A DNA stretch of 64,000 bases from an uncultured Candidatus Rokubacteria bacterium (GCA_963771355.1 CAVYTA010000008.1:32001-96000), one strand, 5' to 3'; positions 18,258-28,360 are shown, numbered from the stretch's first letter. Translations and numbers: made by a program. The notes: generated from the sequence alone by a model not told the origin.

Positions 18258-19784
18258 CTATTTCAGCCGGAGATCCTCGCCCGGCGCCGAATAGGGGAAG
18301 CCCTGGATCAGCCCCGCGCCGCTTTCCGCCACGCGCGGCCCCACCGCGCAGAGGAAGCCCTGCTGGAAGATCGGCGCCGCCAGCACCTGATCGGCGACGA
18401 TCTGCTGGATCTGGTGCAGGAGGGTTTCCCGCTTCTTGCGGTCCGTCTCCTTGGCCTGCTGCTGGAAGAGATCGTCGATCTGCGGCAGCGTGCCGTAGGC
18501 GTAGATGCCGGCCTTGGTGAAGAAGGGCTCCACCCGGGCGGCGGCGTTCCCGGCGGCGCCGGTGGCGCCGATGAGGAGCCCGCGGATCTTCTTCTCGCGC
18601 CAGGTGGTCATGAAGGTGGCGCGCTCCATGGTGCGTACGTGGCTCCGGATGCCGACCGCCTGAAGCATGCCCGACACCGTCTCGCCGAGTGTGGTGTAGG
18701 GGGGCAGCGGCGTGAGATCGCCCGCCTCGAAGCCGTTCGGGTGCCCGGCCTCCGCCAGGAGCCGCTTGGCGCGGGCGGGATCGAAGGCCGGCGGCGCGAT
18801 CTTCAGCGCGAAGTCGAACTCCGGCGGGACGAAGCCGCCGGTGGCCTTGCCCAGGCCCAGCATCTCGGCCTGGTTGATGGCTTGCCGGTCGATGGCGTGG
18901 CTGGCGGCCAGGCGCACCCGGCGATCGTGCCAGGGCGACTTCGGATCCCACTGGTCGAGGAAATCCAGCCAGTAGACGCCGTAGAGCAGCGGGGCCACCA
19001 CCTTGATGCCGGTGGAGCGCCGGAGCTCCTCGGCCACGGTGCCCCCGAAGAGATAAGCCAGATCCACCTCGCCCGTCTTCACCGCGGCCGCGCGCGTGGT
19101 CTCGTCGGGGATGGAGCGCATGGTGATGCGCTTCACCTGGGGTGCCTTCCGCCAGTACTCCGGGAACGCCTCCAGCGCCAGCTCCACGCCGGGATTGAAC
19201 GAGGCGAACTTGAACGGCCCCGCGCCCACCGGGGCTTTCTTGTACGCGTCCTCGCCGACTTTCTCGATGTGCTTCTTCGGCACGATCCAGCTCGCGCCGG
19301 TGGCCGAGGTGCCGTAGAACGACATGAAGTCCGGCCACGGCTCCTTCAGGATGATGCGCACGCGGTTCGGGGCCGGCGTCTGGATCTCCTTCACCGCGTC
19401 CTTGAGGACTTTCGCGCCGCTGCCCTTGTAGCGCTCGAAGGTGAACTTCACGTCCTCCGCGGTGACGGGGTCGCCGTTGTGGAACTTGGCGTTCTTCCGG
19501 AGCACGAACTCGTAGGTGACGTTGTCCTTGGCGAGCGTCCAGGATTCGGCCAGGCTCGGGGTCATGATGCCGTTCGGCATGGGCTTCACCAGGGCATCAT
19601 GGAGGAGATAGAGCACCATGAAGGGCGTGATGAGCGCTTCCGTCTCGCCGGGATCGAGCCAGCGGGAGACGAGGGTGACGTGCACGCCGATGGCCAGGGT
19701 GCCATCGGGGGGCACCGCCGCGGCCGGCCGGCCGGCCGCGAGAAGCGCCAGGGTAAGCACGAGAATAGTGATCCGGACACGCAT
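18258..19784 (-). CDS. Peptide/nickel-type ABC transporter substrate-binding protein (family 5)
   Basis: Signal peptide; SLAESW, KFHNGDPVTAEDVKFT, GAGPFK, RVRLAASHAIDRQAI. Confidence 0.92.
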   Translation of the reverse strand: MRVRITILVLTLALLAAGRPAAAVPPDGTLAIGVHVTLVSRWLDPGETEALITPFMVLYLLHDALVKPMPNGIMTPSLAESWTLAKDNVTYEFVLRKNAKFHNGDPVTAEDVKFTFERYKGSGAKVLKDAVKEIQTPAPNRVRIILKEPWPDFMSFYGTSATGASWIVPKKHIEKVGEDAYKKAPVGAGPFKFASFNPGVELALEAFPEYWRKAPQVKRITMRSIPDETTRAAAVKTGEVDLAYLFGGTVAEELRRSTGIKVVAPLLYGVYWLDFLDQWDPKSPWHDRRVRLAASHAIDRQAINQAEMLGLGKATGGFVPPEFDFALKIAPPAFDPARAKRLLAEAGHPNGFEAGDLTPLPPYTTLGETVSGMLQAVGIRSHVRTMERATFMTTWREKKIRGLLIGATGAAGNAAARVEPFFTKAGIYAYGTLPQIDDLFQQQAKETDRKKRETLLHQIQQIVADQVLAAPIFQQGFLCAVGPRVAESGAGLIQGFPYSAPGEDLRLK

Positions 19785-19849
19785 CGGTCACCTCCGAAGG
19801 ATTGGTCCCGCAGAAGCTAGCACGATTCACCGGGAGCGCGGGCGCGCGT

Positions 19850-20002
19850 CTACTTGAGCTTTTTTCTGACCGCCAGTCTCCGCGCGAGGATCTGAAGCCG
19901 CTTGGCCAGTCGCTTCTTCATCACCTTGACCTCGCGCTTCACCCGCGCGATCTTTACGTCGAGCTTCCGCTTTCTGATCCGAAGTCGAACCTCGCTCTTC
20001 AT
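19850..20002 (-). CDS. Small, highly basic hypothetical protein (50 aa)
   Basis: GAGGAGG RBS, ATG overlapping the upstream TGA, MKSEVRLRIRKRKLDVKIARVKREVKVMKKRLAKRLQILARRLAVRKKLK; below ORF-track cutoff. Confidence 0.65.
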   Translation of the reverse strand: MKSEVRLRIRKRKLDVKIARVKREVKVMKKRLAKRLQILARRLAVRKKLK

Positions 20003-20877
20003 CAATGTCCTCCTCGTGGTGAAAGGGAACGAATGACCACCGCCAGGTCCTCGCTGGCATGGCCGGCCTCCATCGCCGCCGCGTAGAGCCGCTCCGAGCT
20101 GTCGGTCAGCGGCACCACCGCGCCCACCGTCGCCGCCGCCTCCTGGATCAGGTGCAGGTCCTTCATGAAAAGATCGAGCTTCATCTGCGCCGGGAACTCA
20201 TCGCGGACCATCATGGGCCCGCGGAGCTCCAGCATACGCGAGCTCGCGGCGCTCTTGCCGAGGACGCCGAGGGCACGGGGCAGATCCAGCCCCGCCCGCC
20301 GGGCCAGGTTGAGCGCCTCCGCGGCGGCGGCGCTGTGCAGACCCACCAGGAGATTGGCGATCAGCTTGAGCATCATGGCCTGGCCGGGCCGGCCGATGTG
20401 AACGGCGGCCGGGACGATGGCCTCGAGCACCGGCCGCCAGCGCTCGTAGAGCACGCGGTCGCCGCCGATCAAGAGGATGCCGTCGCCCTGGGCGATCATG
20501 CCGCTGGTGCCGCTGACGGGACAGTCGAGGAAGGCGAGACCGCGGGCGGCGAGCGCGCCGGCGCAGCGCTCGGTGAGCGTGGGCGAGATCGTGCTCATCT
20601 GGACCACGGGCTGGTCGGGGCGCAGCACCGTGATGAGCCCGTCGGGGCCGAGGATGACCTCTTCCACCGCGGCGAGGGAGGGCAGCACGGTGCAGACCGC
20701 CTCCGTCTCGCCGGCCACGGCGACGGGCGAATCCGCGGGCACGACCCCCAGCGCGGTCAGGGCCGCGAGGCGCCCGGGCACGATGTCGTAGCCCACCACC
20801 GCGTGGCCGGCGGCGAGGAAGCGCGAGGCGATGGCCCCGCCGAGGAGGCCCAGGCCGACGATGCCGACGGTAGCCAG
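20002..20877 (-). CDS. 3-hydroxyisobutyrate/6-phosphogluconate dehydrogenase-family NAD(P) oxidoreductase
   Basis: VGIVGLGLLGGAIA Rossmann motif upstream of the called ORF, DCPVSG, KLIAN, MKDL; start is CTG or a miscalled ATG. Confidence 0.88.
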   Translation of the reverse strand: MATVGIVGLGLLGGAIASRFLAAGHAVVGYDIVPGRLAALTALGVVPADSPVAVAGETEAVCTVLPSLAAVEEVILGPDGLITVLRPDQPVVQMSTISPTLTERCAGALAARGLAFLDCPVSGTSGMIAQGDGILLIGGDRVLYERWRPVLEAIVPAAVHIGRPGQAMMLKLIANLLVGLHSAAAAEALNLARRAGLDLPRALGVLGKSAASSRMLELRGPMMVRDEFPAQMKLDLFMKDLHLIQEAAATVGAVVPLTDSSERLYAAAMEAGHASEDLAVVIRSLSPRGGH

Positions 20878-20898
20878 TGGCTCCCTCCTCTCAGCCCG

Positions 20899-22140
20899 CT
20901 AGCACTTGGTGCACGGGGGATAGTCGCGCGAGTAGACAGGGTTCTTGAGGAAGTCCTCCGCCTTGTAGGTCCAGAACTGGCTCACGTTGGAGAAGGTATG
21001 GATGACGGTGTTCTGGAGCCGACCGCCCACGCGCTCCACCTTGCGCACGTAGACGTTCTGGATCGGGTTGCCGAAGTCGTCGAAGCGCATGGGCCCGCGG
21101 GGCGCATCGGAGAGATCCACGCGGCGCAGCGCGCCCAGCAGCTTGTCCGCGCTCTCCACGTCGCCCCCGATGGACTCGAGCGCCACCTTCAGCGCGATCC
21201 CGGCGACGTAGGAGCCCTCCGAGTAATAGGACGGCGTCTGCTTGAACTTGGCTTCGTAGGCCTGGGCGAACTTGCGATTGGCCGGGGTGGCGAGGGCGGC
21301 GGAGTAGTGGAGCGCGGTGACCACGCCCAGCACCTCGTCGCCCATGGTCCGCAGCACGTGCTCGTCGGTGAAGGTGCCGCCGCCGATCAGCGGCAGCTTC
21401 CCCTTGAGCCCGGCCTCCGTGTACTGCTTGGAGAAGCGCAGGGCGTCCGCCCCCGAGAAGACGCAGTACACCGCGTCCACGTCCCGGCGGAGCTGGGCGA
21501 GATAGGGCGAGAAGTCCGCGTTGCCCAGCGGCGGCCAGAGCTTCTGCACGACCTGGCCCCCCGCCTCCTCGAAGGTGCGCTGGAAGCCCGCCGCCACTTC
21601 CCAGCCGAACGCGAAGTCGTAGCCGATCATGGCGATCTTCTTGTAGCCGAGATTGTCGTAGACCCACTTGCCGAAGGGATGGGACGGCTGCGCGCTGGAC
21701 CAGCCGGTGCGCACGATATAGGGGCTGCGCTTGCGCTGGGTGATGTCCTCGGCGGAGACGATGGGGAAGATCGTCGGCACCTTCTTACCGTCGACGTAGG
21801 GCGCCACCGCGTAGCCGATCGCGGCGGAGAGCGGGCCCACCAGCACGTGCACGCCCTGGCTCTCCACCAGGCTGCGCGCCTTGGCCAGCCCGGTGGGGGG
21901 CTTGCCCTCGTCGTCCTCGGTGATGAGCTTCACCTCCCGGCCGGCCAGCTTCCCGCCCTGCTCCTCGAGGAAGAGCTGGATACCATTGGCCATGTCCTTG
22001 CCGTTGGCGGCGAGCGGGCCCGTCTCGGGCAGCAGGAGGCCGATCTTGATCGGCCCCTTCTGCGCGGGCGCCGGCGCCGGGACGAGGGCCACCACCGCGA
22101 CGAGCAGGAGCAGGACGGCGAGCGGGATGAGCTTTCGCAT
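20899..22140 (-). CDS. Liv-family ABC substrate-binding protein (aromatic-compound-binding type)
   Basis: Signal peptide; IKIGLLLPETGP, EDDEGKP, DFAFGWE, PRGPMRFD. Confidence 0.9.
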   Translation of the reverse strand: MRKLIPLAVLLLLVAVVALVPAPAPAQKGPIKIGLLLPETGPLAANGKDMANGIQLFLEEQGGKLAGREVKLITEDDEGKPPTGLAKARSLVESQGVHVLVGPLSAAIGYAVAPYVDGKKVPTIFPIVSAEDITQRKRSPYIVRTGWSSAQPSHPFGKWVYDNLGYKKIAMIGYDFAFGWEVAAGFQRTFEEAGGQVVQKLWPPLGNADFSPYLAQLRRDVDAVYCVFSGADALRFSKQYTEAGLKGKLPLIGGGTFTDEHVLRTMGDEVLGVVTALHYSAALATPANRKFAQAYEAKFKQTPSYYSEGSYVAGIALKVALESIGGDVESADKLLGALRRVDLSDAPRGPMRFDDFGNPIQNVYVRKVERVGGRLQNTVIHTFSNVSQFWTYKAEDFLKNPVYSRDYPPCTKC

Positions 22141-22172
22141 GATCTCTCCCTGGGTGGGCGGGCGGCCGCCGG

Positions 22173-22796
22173 TCAGGCGCCGAGCGCCTGGAAGATGTCC
22201 TCGTTGCCGAGAGGCCAGCCGAGCGCGGCCTGCATGAGGCGCAGCGCGAAGCGGTGCATGTCCTCGCCGTCCATCGAGTCCACCGCGTCCGCCGCGATCA
22301 CCACCCGGAAGTCGAGGTTGGTGGCCTCGAAGGCCGCGCAGAGGACGCAGGTGGTGGTGTTGATGCCGGCGAGGATGACGGTGTCGGCGCCCAGACGGCG
22401 CAGCAGGAACTCGAGGTCGGTGGCGTGGAAGGAGCTGTAGCGCTTCTTGCCACGTACCACCCGGTCGCGGGGGTCGTGCAGCTCGGCGATGATCTCGGTG
22501 CCGGGGCTGCCGGCCAGGTTATGACGCAGGATGCCGCGACGGGCCTTGCCTGGGTCGTCGTGGGCGGCCTTCCAGAACGGATTGGCGGCGATCTCGGCGG
22601 GCTCCCGATACTCGGTGACGACGTGGACGACGGGTACTCCGCGCTCGCGCAGTCCGGCCAGGAGCGCCGCCGCCCGCTTGATGACGGGGCCGCAGCGCTC
22701 GGCGGGCAGGGGCAGCGTCGCCACCGCGGGGTCGAGATGGCCGCGATGCATGTCGATCGCAACCGCTACGGTGGTGCGGGGATCGAGTCGGAGCAT
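22173..22796 (-). CDS. Isochorismatase-family cysteine hydrolase
   Basis: IDMH, KKRYSSFHATDLE, GINTTTCV catalytic D/K/C. Confidence 0.9.
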   Translation of the reverse strand: MLRLDPRTTVAVAIDMHRGHLDPAVATLPLPAERCGPVIKRAAALLAGLRERGVPVVHVVTEYREPAEIAANPFWKAAHDDPGKARRGILRHNLAGSPGTEIIAELHDPRDRVVRGKKRYSSFHATDLEFLLRRLGADTVILAGINTTTCVLCAAFEATNLDFRVVIAADAVDSMDGEDMHRFALRLMQAALGWPLGNEDIFQALGA

Positions 22797-22851
22797 GGCA
22801 GGTGCTTGCGAAAAGAGTTAGCACAGGCCCCCGGCGAGGGCAATGCGCGCG

Positions 22852-23604
22852 CTAGACCATCACCTGCCCCCCGTTGACGTCCAGGGTGGCGCCGTTGATG
22901 AAGGCGGCGGCGTCCGAGGCGAGGAAGACCACCGCGTCCGCGATCTCGCGCGGCTCGCCGAGCCGCCGCACGGGGATGGCCGCCGCCACCCGCGCCGTCT
23001 CCTCGGGGGTGCGCGCCTTGAGCACGCGCTCGGTGGCGGTGGTTCCCGGCGCCACCGCGTTGACGGTGATGCCGTCGGCGCCCACCTCCAGCGCGAGATG
23101 CCGCGTGAAGCCGATGACCCCCGCCTTGGCCGCCGCGTAATGGGAGGTGACGCGCACCGCCCCCGCCCGGCCCACCACGGAGGCCAGGTTCACGATGCGG
23201 CCGTAGCGCTGGCGCTTCATGATCGGCAGCACCGCCTTCGAGAAGAGGAAGACGCTGGTGAGGTTCGAGGCCATGATGGCTTCCCACTCCGCTTCCGCGA
23301 TGTCCTCGGTGTCGCGAATGACGGCGAAGCCGCCCGCATTATTGACGAGCGCGTCCACGCGCCCCCATCGGGCGAGGACGGCCTCCAGCGCGGCGGCGAT
23401 CTCGGCCGCCCGCGTCACGTCGCAGGAGAGGGGGAGCGCGTCCGCCCCTCGGCCGCGCAGCGTGGCGGCCACCGCGTCGGCACCTCCCGCGTCCAGGTCC
23501 AGCGCGGCCACGCGGGCGCCCTCGCGCGCGCAAGCCTCCGCGATGGCGGCGCCGATGCCCCGCGCCGCGCCGGTGACGATGACGACTTTCCCCTCTAGCC
23601 GCAT
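22852..23604 (-). CDS. Short-chain dehydrogenase/reductase (FabG-like)
   Basis: TGAARGIG, NNAG, YAAAK, NAVAPG. Confidence 0.92.
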   Translation of the reverse strand: MRLEGKVVIVTGAARGIGAAIAEACAREGARVAALDLDAGGADAVAATLRGRGADALPLSCDVTRAAEIAAALEAVLARWGRVDALVNNAGGFAVIRDTEDIAEAEWEAIMASNLTSVFLFSKAVLPIMKRQRYGRIVNLASVVGRAGAVRVTSHYAAAKAGVIGFTRHLALEVGADGITVNAVAPGTTATERVLKARTPEETARVAAAIPVRRLGEPREIADAVVFLASDAAAFINGATLDVNGGQVMV

Positions 23605-23683
23605 GTGATGCCTCTCCGGCACCGATAGCACAGCCAGCGCGCGGGTGCTAGTCTGAGGCCCCGGATCCGTAGGAGGCGACAGC

Positions 23684-25162
23684 ATGGTGACATCGGCAGG
23701 ACGGCTCCGCCCCGGCGTCGCCGGCGCGCTCCTCCTCATGCTCGCGGCCGGATGTGCGAGCGATCCCCGGCCCTCGCCGGCGGCCGAATCCGCGACGCCG
23801 CCGCGCGGGGCCGAGGCGCGCGACATGCGGCTGGTGGGCCACGACGGTCTTCAGGCCCGCTCGGCCTACCAACCGGTGATCCAGCGCCAGGGCGGGCGCT
23901 GGATCGCCTATGTCGGGCACCACGGCGGTCGCAAGCTCAACCCGCTGACCGGTCAGATGGAGGAGAGCGGCACCTCCATCGTGGACGTCACCGACCCCCG
24001 GCAGCCGCGTTATCTGCACCACATTCCCGGCGCGCCCGGCGCGGCCGAGGCGGGCGGCGCTTCCATGGTGCGGGTCTGCGAGGGCGCCACCCTCCCCAAG
24101 GGCGCGGCGGGGAAGTTCTACCTCTTGCGCACCATGGGCAATCTCGCCCACGAGATGTGGGACGTGACCGATCCCGCGAAGCCCGCGCGCATCACCACCA
24201 TTGTGTCCGGCCTCGACCACACGCACAAGAATTGGTGGGAGTGCGACACCGGCATTGCCTACCTCGTCTCCGACGGGCGGCCGCAGGGCTGGCGCACCAA
24301 CCGCATGACCAAGATCTACGACCTGTCGGATCCGGCGCAGCCGCGCTTCATCCGCGACTTCGGGCTGCCGGGGCAAGAGCCGGGCTCCACCGGCACGGCG
24401 CCGGAAGGGGTGCACGGGCCCATTGCCTACAAGAACCGCGTCTACTTCGCGTACGGCACCGGCGCCGCCGGCGCCCTCCAGATCGTGGATCGCGACCGCC
24501 TGCTCGCCGGCGAGCCGGGCGCCGCGGACCGCTTCGCGCCCACGCGCGAGAATCTCCTCTACCCGCAGATCGGGCGGCTCGACATGTCACCCGCCTGGGG
24601 TGGGCATACCAGCTACCCGATTCTCGGCCTGCCCATCGCCGACTGGGCGGGGAGCAGTCTGGGGAAGACGCGTGACTACGTGCTGCTGGTCTCGGAGTCG
24701 CTGCGCAACGAGTGTCTGGAGTTCCGTCAGCTTTCCTTCATGGTGGACGTCACCGACGAGTCGCGTCCCTTCTCGGTGTCCACCTTCCAGGTGCCGGCCA
24801 ATCCCGGCGACTTCTGCGCGCGCGGCGGCCGCTTCGGCCCGCACTCCAGCCACGAGTCGTTCACGCCGATCTACTACGGCCGGCTGGTCTTCATCGCGTA
24901 CTTCAACGCGGGGGTGCGCGCGGTGGATATCCGCGATCCCTTTCATCCCCGGGAGGCCGCCTACTTCATTCCTGCCGTCACCGCCGCCACCGCCCCGCGC
25001 TGCGTGAAGGTGGACGGAGCGGACCGCTGCAAGGTGGCGATCCAGACCAACAATGTCGAGGTGGACGACCGCGGCTTCGTCTACCTCGCCGACCGCGCGG
25101 ATACGGGGCTGCACATCGTCGAGCTGACGGGAGCGGCGCGCGGGATCTCGCGGCTGCCCTGA
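23684..25162 (+). CDS. LVIVD-repeat beta-propeller lipoprotein
   Basis: Lipobox LAAGC; repeated IVDVTDP/WDVTDP/YDLSDP/VDIRDP units; AGGAGG RBS. Confidence 0.8.
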   Translation: MVTSAGRLRPGVAGALLLMLAAGCASDPRPSPAAESATPPRGAEARDMRLVGHDGLQARSAYQPVIQRQGGRWIAYVGHHGGRKLNPLTGQMEESGTSIVDVTDPRQPRYLHHIPGAPGAAEAGGASMVRVCEGATLPKGAAGKFYLLRTMGNLAHEMWDVTDPAKPARITTIVSGLDHTHKNWWECDTGIAYLVSDGRPQGWRTNRMTKIYDLSDPAQPRFIRDFGLPGQEPGSTGTAPEGVHGPIAYKNRVYFAYGTGAAGALQIVDRDRLLAGEPGAADRFAPTRENLLYPQIGRLDMSPAWGGHTSYPILGLPIADWAGSSLGKTRDYVLLVSESLRNECLEFRQLSFMVDVTDESRPFSVSTFQVPANPGDFCARGGRFGPHSSHESFTPIYYGRLVFIAYFNAGVRAVDIRDPFHPREAAYFIPAVTAATAPRCVKVDGADRCKVAIQTNNVEVDDRGFVYLADRADTGLHIVELTGAARGISRLP

Positions 25163-25171
25163 GCGTGGCGC

Positions 25172-25936
25172 CTAGAGCGTGACGCCGCCGTCCAGGTAGA
25201 GCGTCTGACCGGTCATGTAGTCGGAGGCGTCGGCGGCCAGGTAGAGGCAGAGAAGGCCGACCTCGCGAAGCCGGCCCACGCGGCCCAGCGGCACCGTGGT
25301 CTTGGCGCTCTGAACGCGCTCGGCATAGCCTCCCTCGCCCGAGGTCACGGCGTCCGGGAAGTACCCCGGTGCGACGGCGTTCACCTGCACGCCGCCCGGC
25401 GCCCACTCGAGCGCCATGGCGCGGGTGAACCCGACCAGGGCGGTCTTCGCCGTGGTGTAGATGCTGAGCCCGGCGCCGCCGCGATGCGAAGCGAACGAGG
25501 CGACGTTGATGACCTTGCCGGAGCCGCGGGCCAGCATGTGCGGCCCGGCCGCCCGGGTGCAGAGGATGGTGGTGGTCAGGTTCACGTCCATCACGAAGCG
25601 CAGGTCGTGGTCCGACAGGCTCACGAGCGGTCCCCGGATCGAGTCGCCGAGATTGTTGACGAGGATGTCGAGCTTGCCGAAGTCGCGGAGGACCTGCGCC
25701 ACCGCCCGCTCGACGTCGTCGGCGCGCGTGACGTCAGCCACCAGCGGGACCACCCGCCTGCCCGTCGAGCGCGCGAGCTCGGCGGCCAGCGGCGTGACGT
25801 GCGTGGCCGTGAGGCTGTTGATGATCACGTCGGCGCCCGCCTGGGCCAGCACCTCGGCGATGCCCTTGCCGATGCCGCGGCCGGCGCCGGTGATCAGGGC
25901 GACCTTGCCGTCCAACCGGTACTCGGGAATGTCCAT
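25172..25936 (-). CDS. Short-chain dehydrogenase/reductase
   Basis: TGAGRGIG, NNLG, YTTAK, NAVAPG. Confidence 0.92.
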   Translation of the reverse strand: MDIPEYRLDGKVALITGAGRGIGKGIAEVLAQAGADVIINSLTATHVTPLAAELARSTGRRVVPLVADVTRADDVERAVAQVLRDFGKLDILVNNLGDSIRGPLVSLSDHDLRFVMDVNLTTTILCTRAAGPHMLARGSGKVINVASFASHRGGAGLSIYTTAKTALVGFTRAMALEWAPGGVQVNAVAPGYFPDAVTSGEGGYAERVQSAKTTVPLGRVGRLREVGLLCLYLAADASDYMTGQTLYLDGGVTL

Positions 25937-26050
25937 GATTTCCCTCGCTGACGACCGCGCTCAGAGGCCCGCCGGGAGCCGCGCCGCCAGCGTACACTAC
26001 TCGCGGGCGAGCTCGAAGAGGGTAGAATCAGACCGTAGGAGGACAGAGCC

Positions 26051-27358
26051 GTGGAGAAATTCGAGTACTTCGGCGGCATCCCCGAGGTAGGCATCGTCCC
26101 GCGGGCGCCCCACGCGGGCCCGCTGCTCCGACACGTCTACGAGCAGGAGCATGGGCGCGGCGGCTTCGCGGGGAAGGTGAGCCACACCTATCACCTGTAT
26201 CCGCCCACCAACTGGATCGCGTCGGAGGCGCGGGTGCTCGACGGCCGCGCCTGGGCGCCGGACTGGGAATCGCCGATGCAGCCGGTGGGCGGCACGCATC
26301 ACCTGCTGTCGATGGCCAAGGCGCCGGCGCCGCGCGACGTCTACCGCGGCATGGCGCGACTGGTGGCCAATGCCACGGTGGCCATGAACGTCACCGCCCC
26401 CGCCAGCTCGATGGACTACTTCTTCGAGCACCACTCCGCCACCTGCGTCTACTTCGTGCATCAGGGCGGGGGCACGCTCGAGACCACCTTCGGGCCCATC
26501 GAGTACCGCAAGGGCGACTTCCTCATCGTGCCCAAGGGCATCACGCATCGCTTCGCCCTCCGGCCGGGGCCCCAGTACTACTGGATGTACGAGTCCTTCG
26601 CCGGCGACCCGGAGAAGGGCGAGTCGGCCACCACCGGACGCTTCCTCACCCATAGCCAGAGCGACTACCGGTTCCCGCGCACGCTGGACACGCGCAACGA
26701 GTCCGGCCGCTTCGAGATCGTCTCCAAGGTGGACGACATCTACACGCGGCGCGTGCACGCCACCCATCCCTTCGACGCGGTGGGCTGGCGCGGCGACTAT
26801 CTGCCGTACAAGTTCGCGGTGGAGGACGTGCGCCCGCTCACCGCCGACCGCTCCCACGTGCCGCCGTCGGGCCACACCGTGTTCAAGCTGCCCGGCTGCT
26901 ATCTCTGCGTCTTCACCGTGCGGCGCGCGGAGCGCGAAGGCATGTGGGTGCCCTTCTTCCACAAGAACCTCGATTACCTGGAGACGCTCGGCTATCACCA
27001 CGGTGATTTCTTCAGCGCGGGCGGGGTGGTGCAGCAGGGCATGGTGACCGTGCACCCGGTGGGGCTCCCGCATGGGCCCAAGCCGGCCTCGCTCAAGGCC
27101 TTCCTGGACGGCCAGCGCCCGGAGAAGTTCGACGAGGTCGGCATCATGGCGGACTTCACCAACCCCGCGCGGATCTCCGAGTTCGCGCGCGGCCTTTCGC
27201 GCCCCGACTACATGGGGACCTGGGGCGGCTACACCACCGAGGAGCGCTTCGGCTGGAGCGCGACGCGCCTGGACGAGGTGCGCGCGCTCGGTGACCAGTT
27301 CGCGGACGCGCGCGACGAGCTGCGCCCGCCCATGGGCGACGAGGGCGCCGCGCCCTGA
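26051..27358 (+). CDS. Homogentisate 1,2-dioxygenase-like protein
   Basis: HPFDAVGWRGDYLPYKF, HVPPSGHTVF, FHKNLDYLE...PHGP Fe-ligand spacing; AGGAGG RBS. Confidence 0.82.
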   Translation: MEKFEYFGGIPEVGIVPRAPHAGPLLRHVYEQEHGRGGFAGKVSHTYHLYPPTNWIASEARVLDGRAWAPDWESPMQPVGGTHHLLSMAKAPAPRDVYRGMARLVANATVAMNVTAPASSMDYFFEHHSATCVYFVHQGGGTLETTFGPIEYRKGDFLIVPKGITHRFALRPGPQYYWMYESFAGDPEKGESATTGRFLTHSQSDYRFPRTLDTRNESGRFEIVSKVDDIYTRRVHATHPFDAVGWRGDYLPYKFAVEDVRPLTADRSHVPPSGHTVFKLPGCYLCVFTVRRAEREGMWVPFFHKNLDYLETLGYHHGDFFSAGGVVQQGMVTVHPVGLPHGPKPASLKAFLDGQRPEKFDEVGIMADFTNPARISEFARGLSRPDYMGTWGGYTTEERFGWSATRLDEVRALGDQFADARDELRPPMGDEGAAP

Positions 27359-28359
27359 TGCGTCTCGGCCTCTTCTCGGTCGTCGATCACTATCCCGCCG
27401 AGCTCGGGCGTGCCACCGGAGACTTCTACGCGGAGCTGCTCGAGCAGGCCGAGGCCGCGGACGAGTGGGGCTTCGACTCCTTCTGGGTAGCCGAGCATCA
27501 CTTCCATGAGTACGGCGCGGTTCCCCGGCCGCCGGTGCTGCTGGCCGCCGCCGCCCAGCGCACGCGCCGCATTCGTCTCGGCTCGGGCGTGGTGGTGCTG
27601 CCCTTCGACCACCCGCTGCGGGTGGCCGAGGACTACGCCATGGTGGACGTGCTCTCGGGTGGCCGGCTCAACCTCGGCGTGGGCTCGGGCTATCTCAAGC
27701 ACGAGTATGCGGGCTTCGGCGTGGACCCGGAGGACAAGCGCGCGCGCTTCGACGAGGCGCTGGAGATCCTGCTCCGCGCGTGGACGGGCGAGCGCTTCTC
27801 CTACGCGGGGCGCTATCACCACGTGCAGGACGTCCGCCTGAACGTCACCCCCGTGCAGCGGCCGCGGCCGCCGGTGTGGGTGGCCACCCTCCGCACCGAC
27901 GGGGGCGCCCGCATCGGCGCGCGGGGGCTGCCCGCCATGTTCATTCCCTACGCCTCCGCGGAGACGCACGTCGAGATGGCGGCCGGGCTGGCCGCGTATC
28001 GCGCCGCCTTCGTGGCGGCGGGCGGGCGCCCCGCCGACGCCACCGCGCCCTTCGGGCTTCACGCGTTCTGCTCCGACACCACCGCCGAGGCGCGGGCGGA
28101 GACGCGGCCCGCCATGGAGCGATATGTCCGCACGCGGCTCTACGCCGTGCAGCGGCCGTTCGAGACCCTCGTCGATCAGGATGTGGTCGCGGTCGGTGAT
28201 CCCGACGAGGTGCTGCGCGTGGCCCGGCGCTATGCCGAGGCCGGCTTCACCCACTTCCTCGCCATCGCCAACTTCGGCGGGATCCCGCACAAGCGGGTGC
28301 TCCGCTCGATGGAGCTGATGGCCAAGCATGTCCTCCCCCACCTTCCAGGAGAGCCCTGA
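27358..28359 (+). CDS. Luciferase-like (LLM class) flavin-dependent oxidoreductase
   Basis: WVAEHHF, HPLRVAED, GRLNLGVGSG; TGATG coupling. Confidence 0.92.
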   Translation: MRLGLFSVVDHYPAELGRATGDFYAELLEQAEAADEWGFDSFWVAEHHFHEYGAVPRPPVLLAAAAQRTRRIRLGSGVVVLPFDHPLRVAEDYAMVDVLSGGRLNLGVGSGYLKHEYAGFGVDPEDKRARFDEALEILLRAWTGERFSYAGRYHHVQDVRLNVTPVQRPRPPVWVATLRTDGGARIGARGLPAMFIPYASAETHVEMAAGLAAYRAAFVAAGGRPADATAPFGLHAFCSDTTAEARAETRPAMERYVRTRLYAVQRPFETLVDQDVVAVGDPDEVLRVARRYAEAGFTHFLAIANFGGIPHKRVLRSMELMAKHVLPHLPGEP

Positions 28360-28360
28360 T

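Noticed and set aside
20002..22140. In-frame TAG readthrough (pyrrolysine-like) fusing the binding protein to the dehydrogenase
   Set aside because: A secreted binding protein fused to a cytoplasmic NAD enzyme is implausible; a strong RBS lies between them, and the shared frame may result from a 1-bp error
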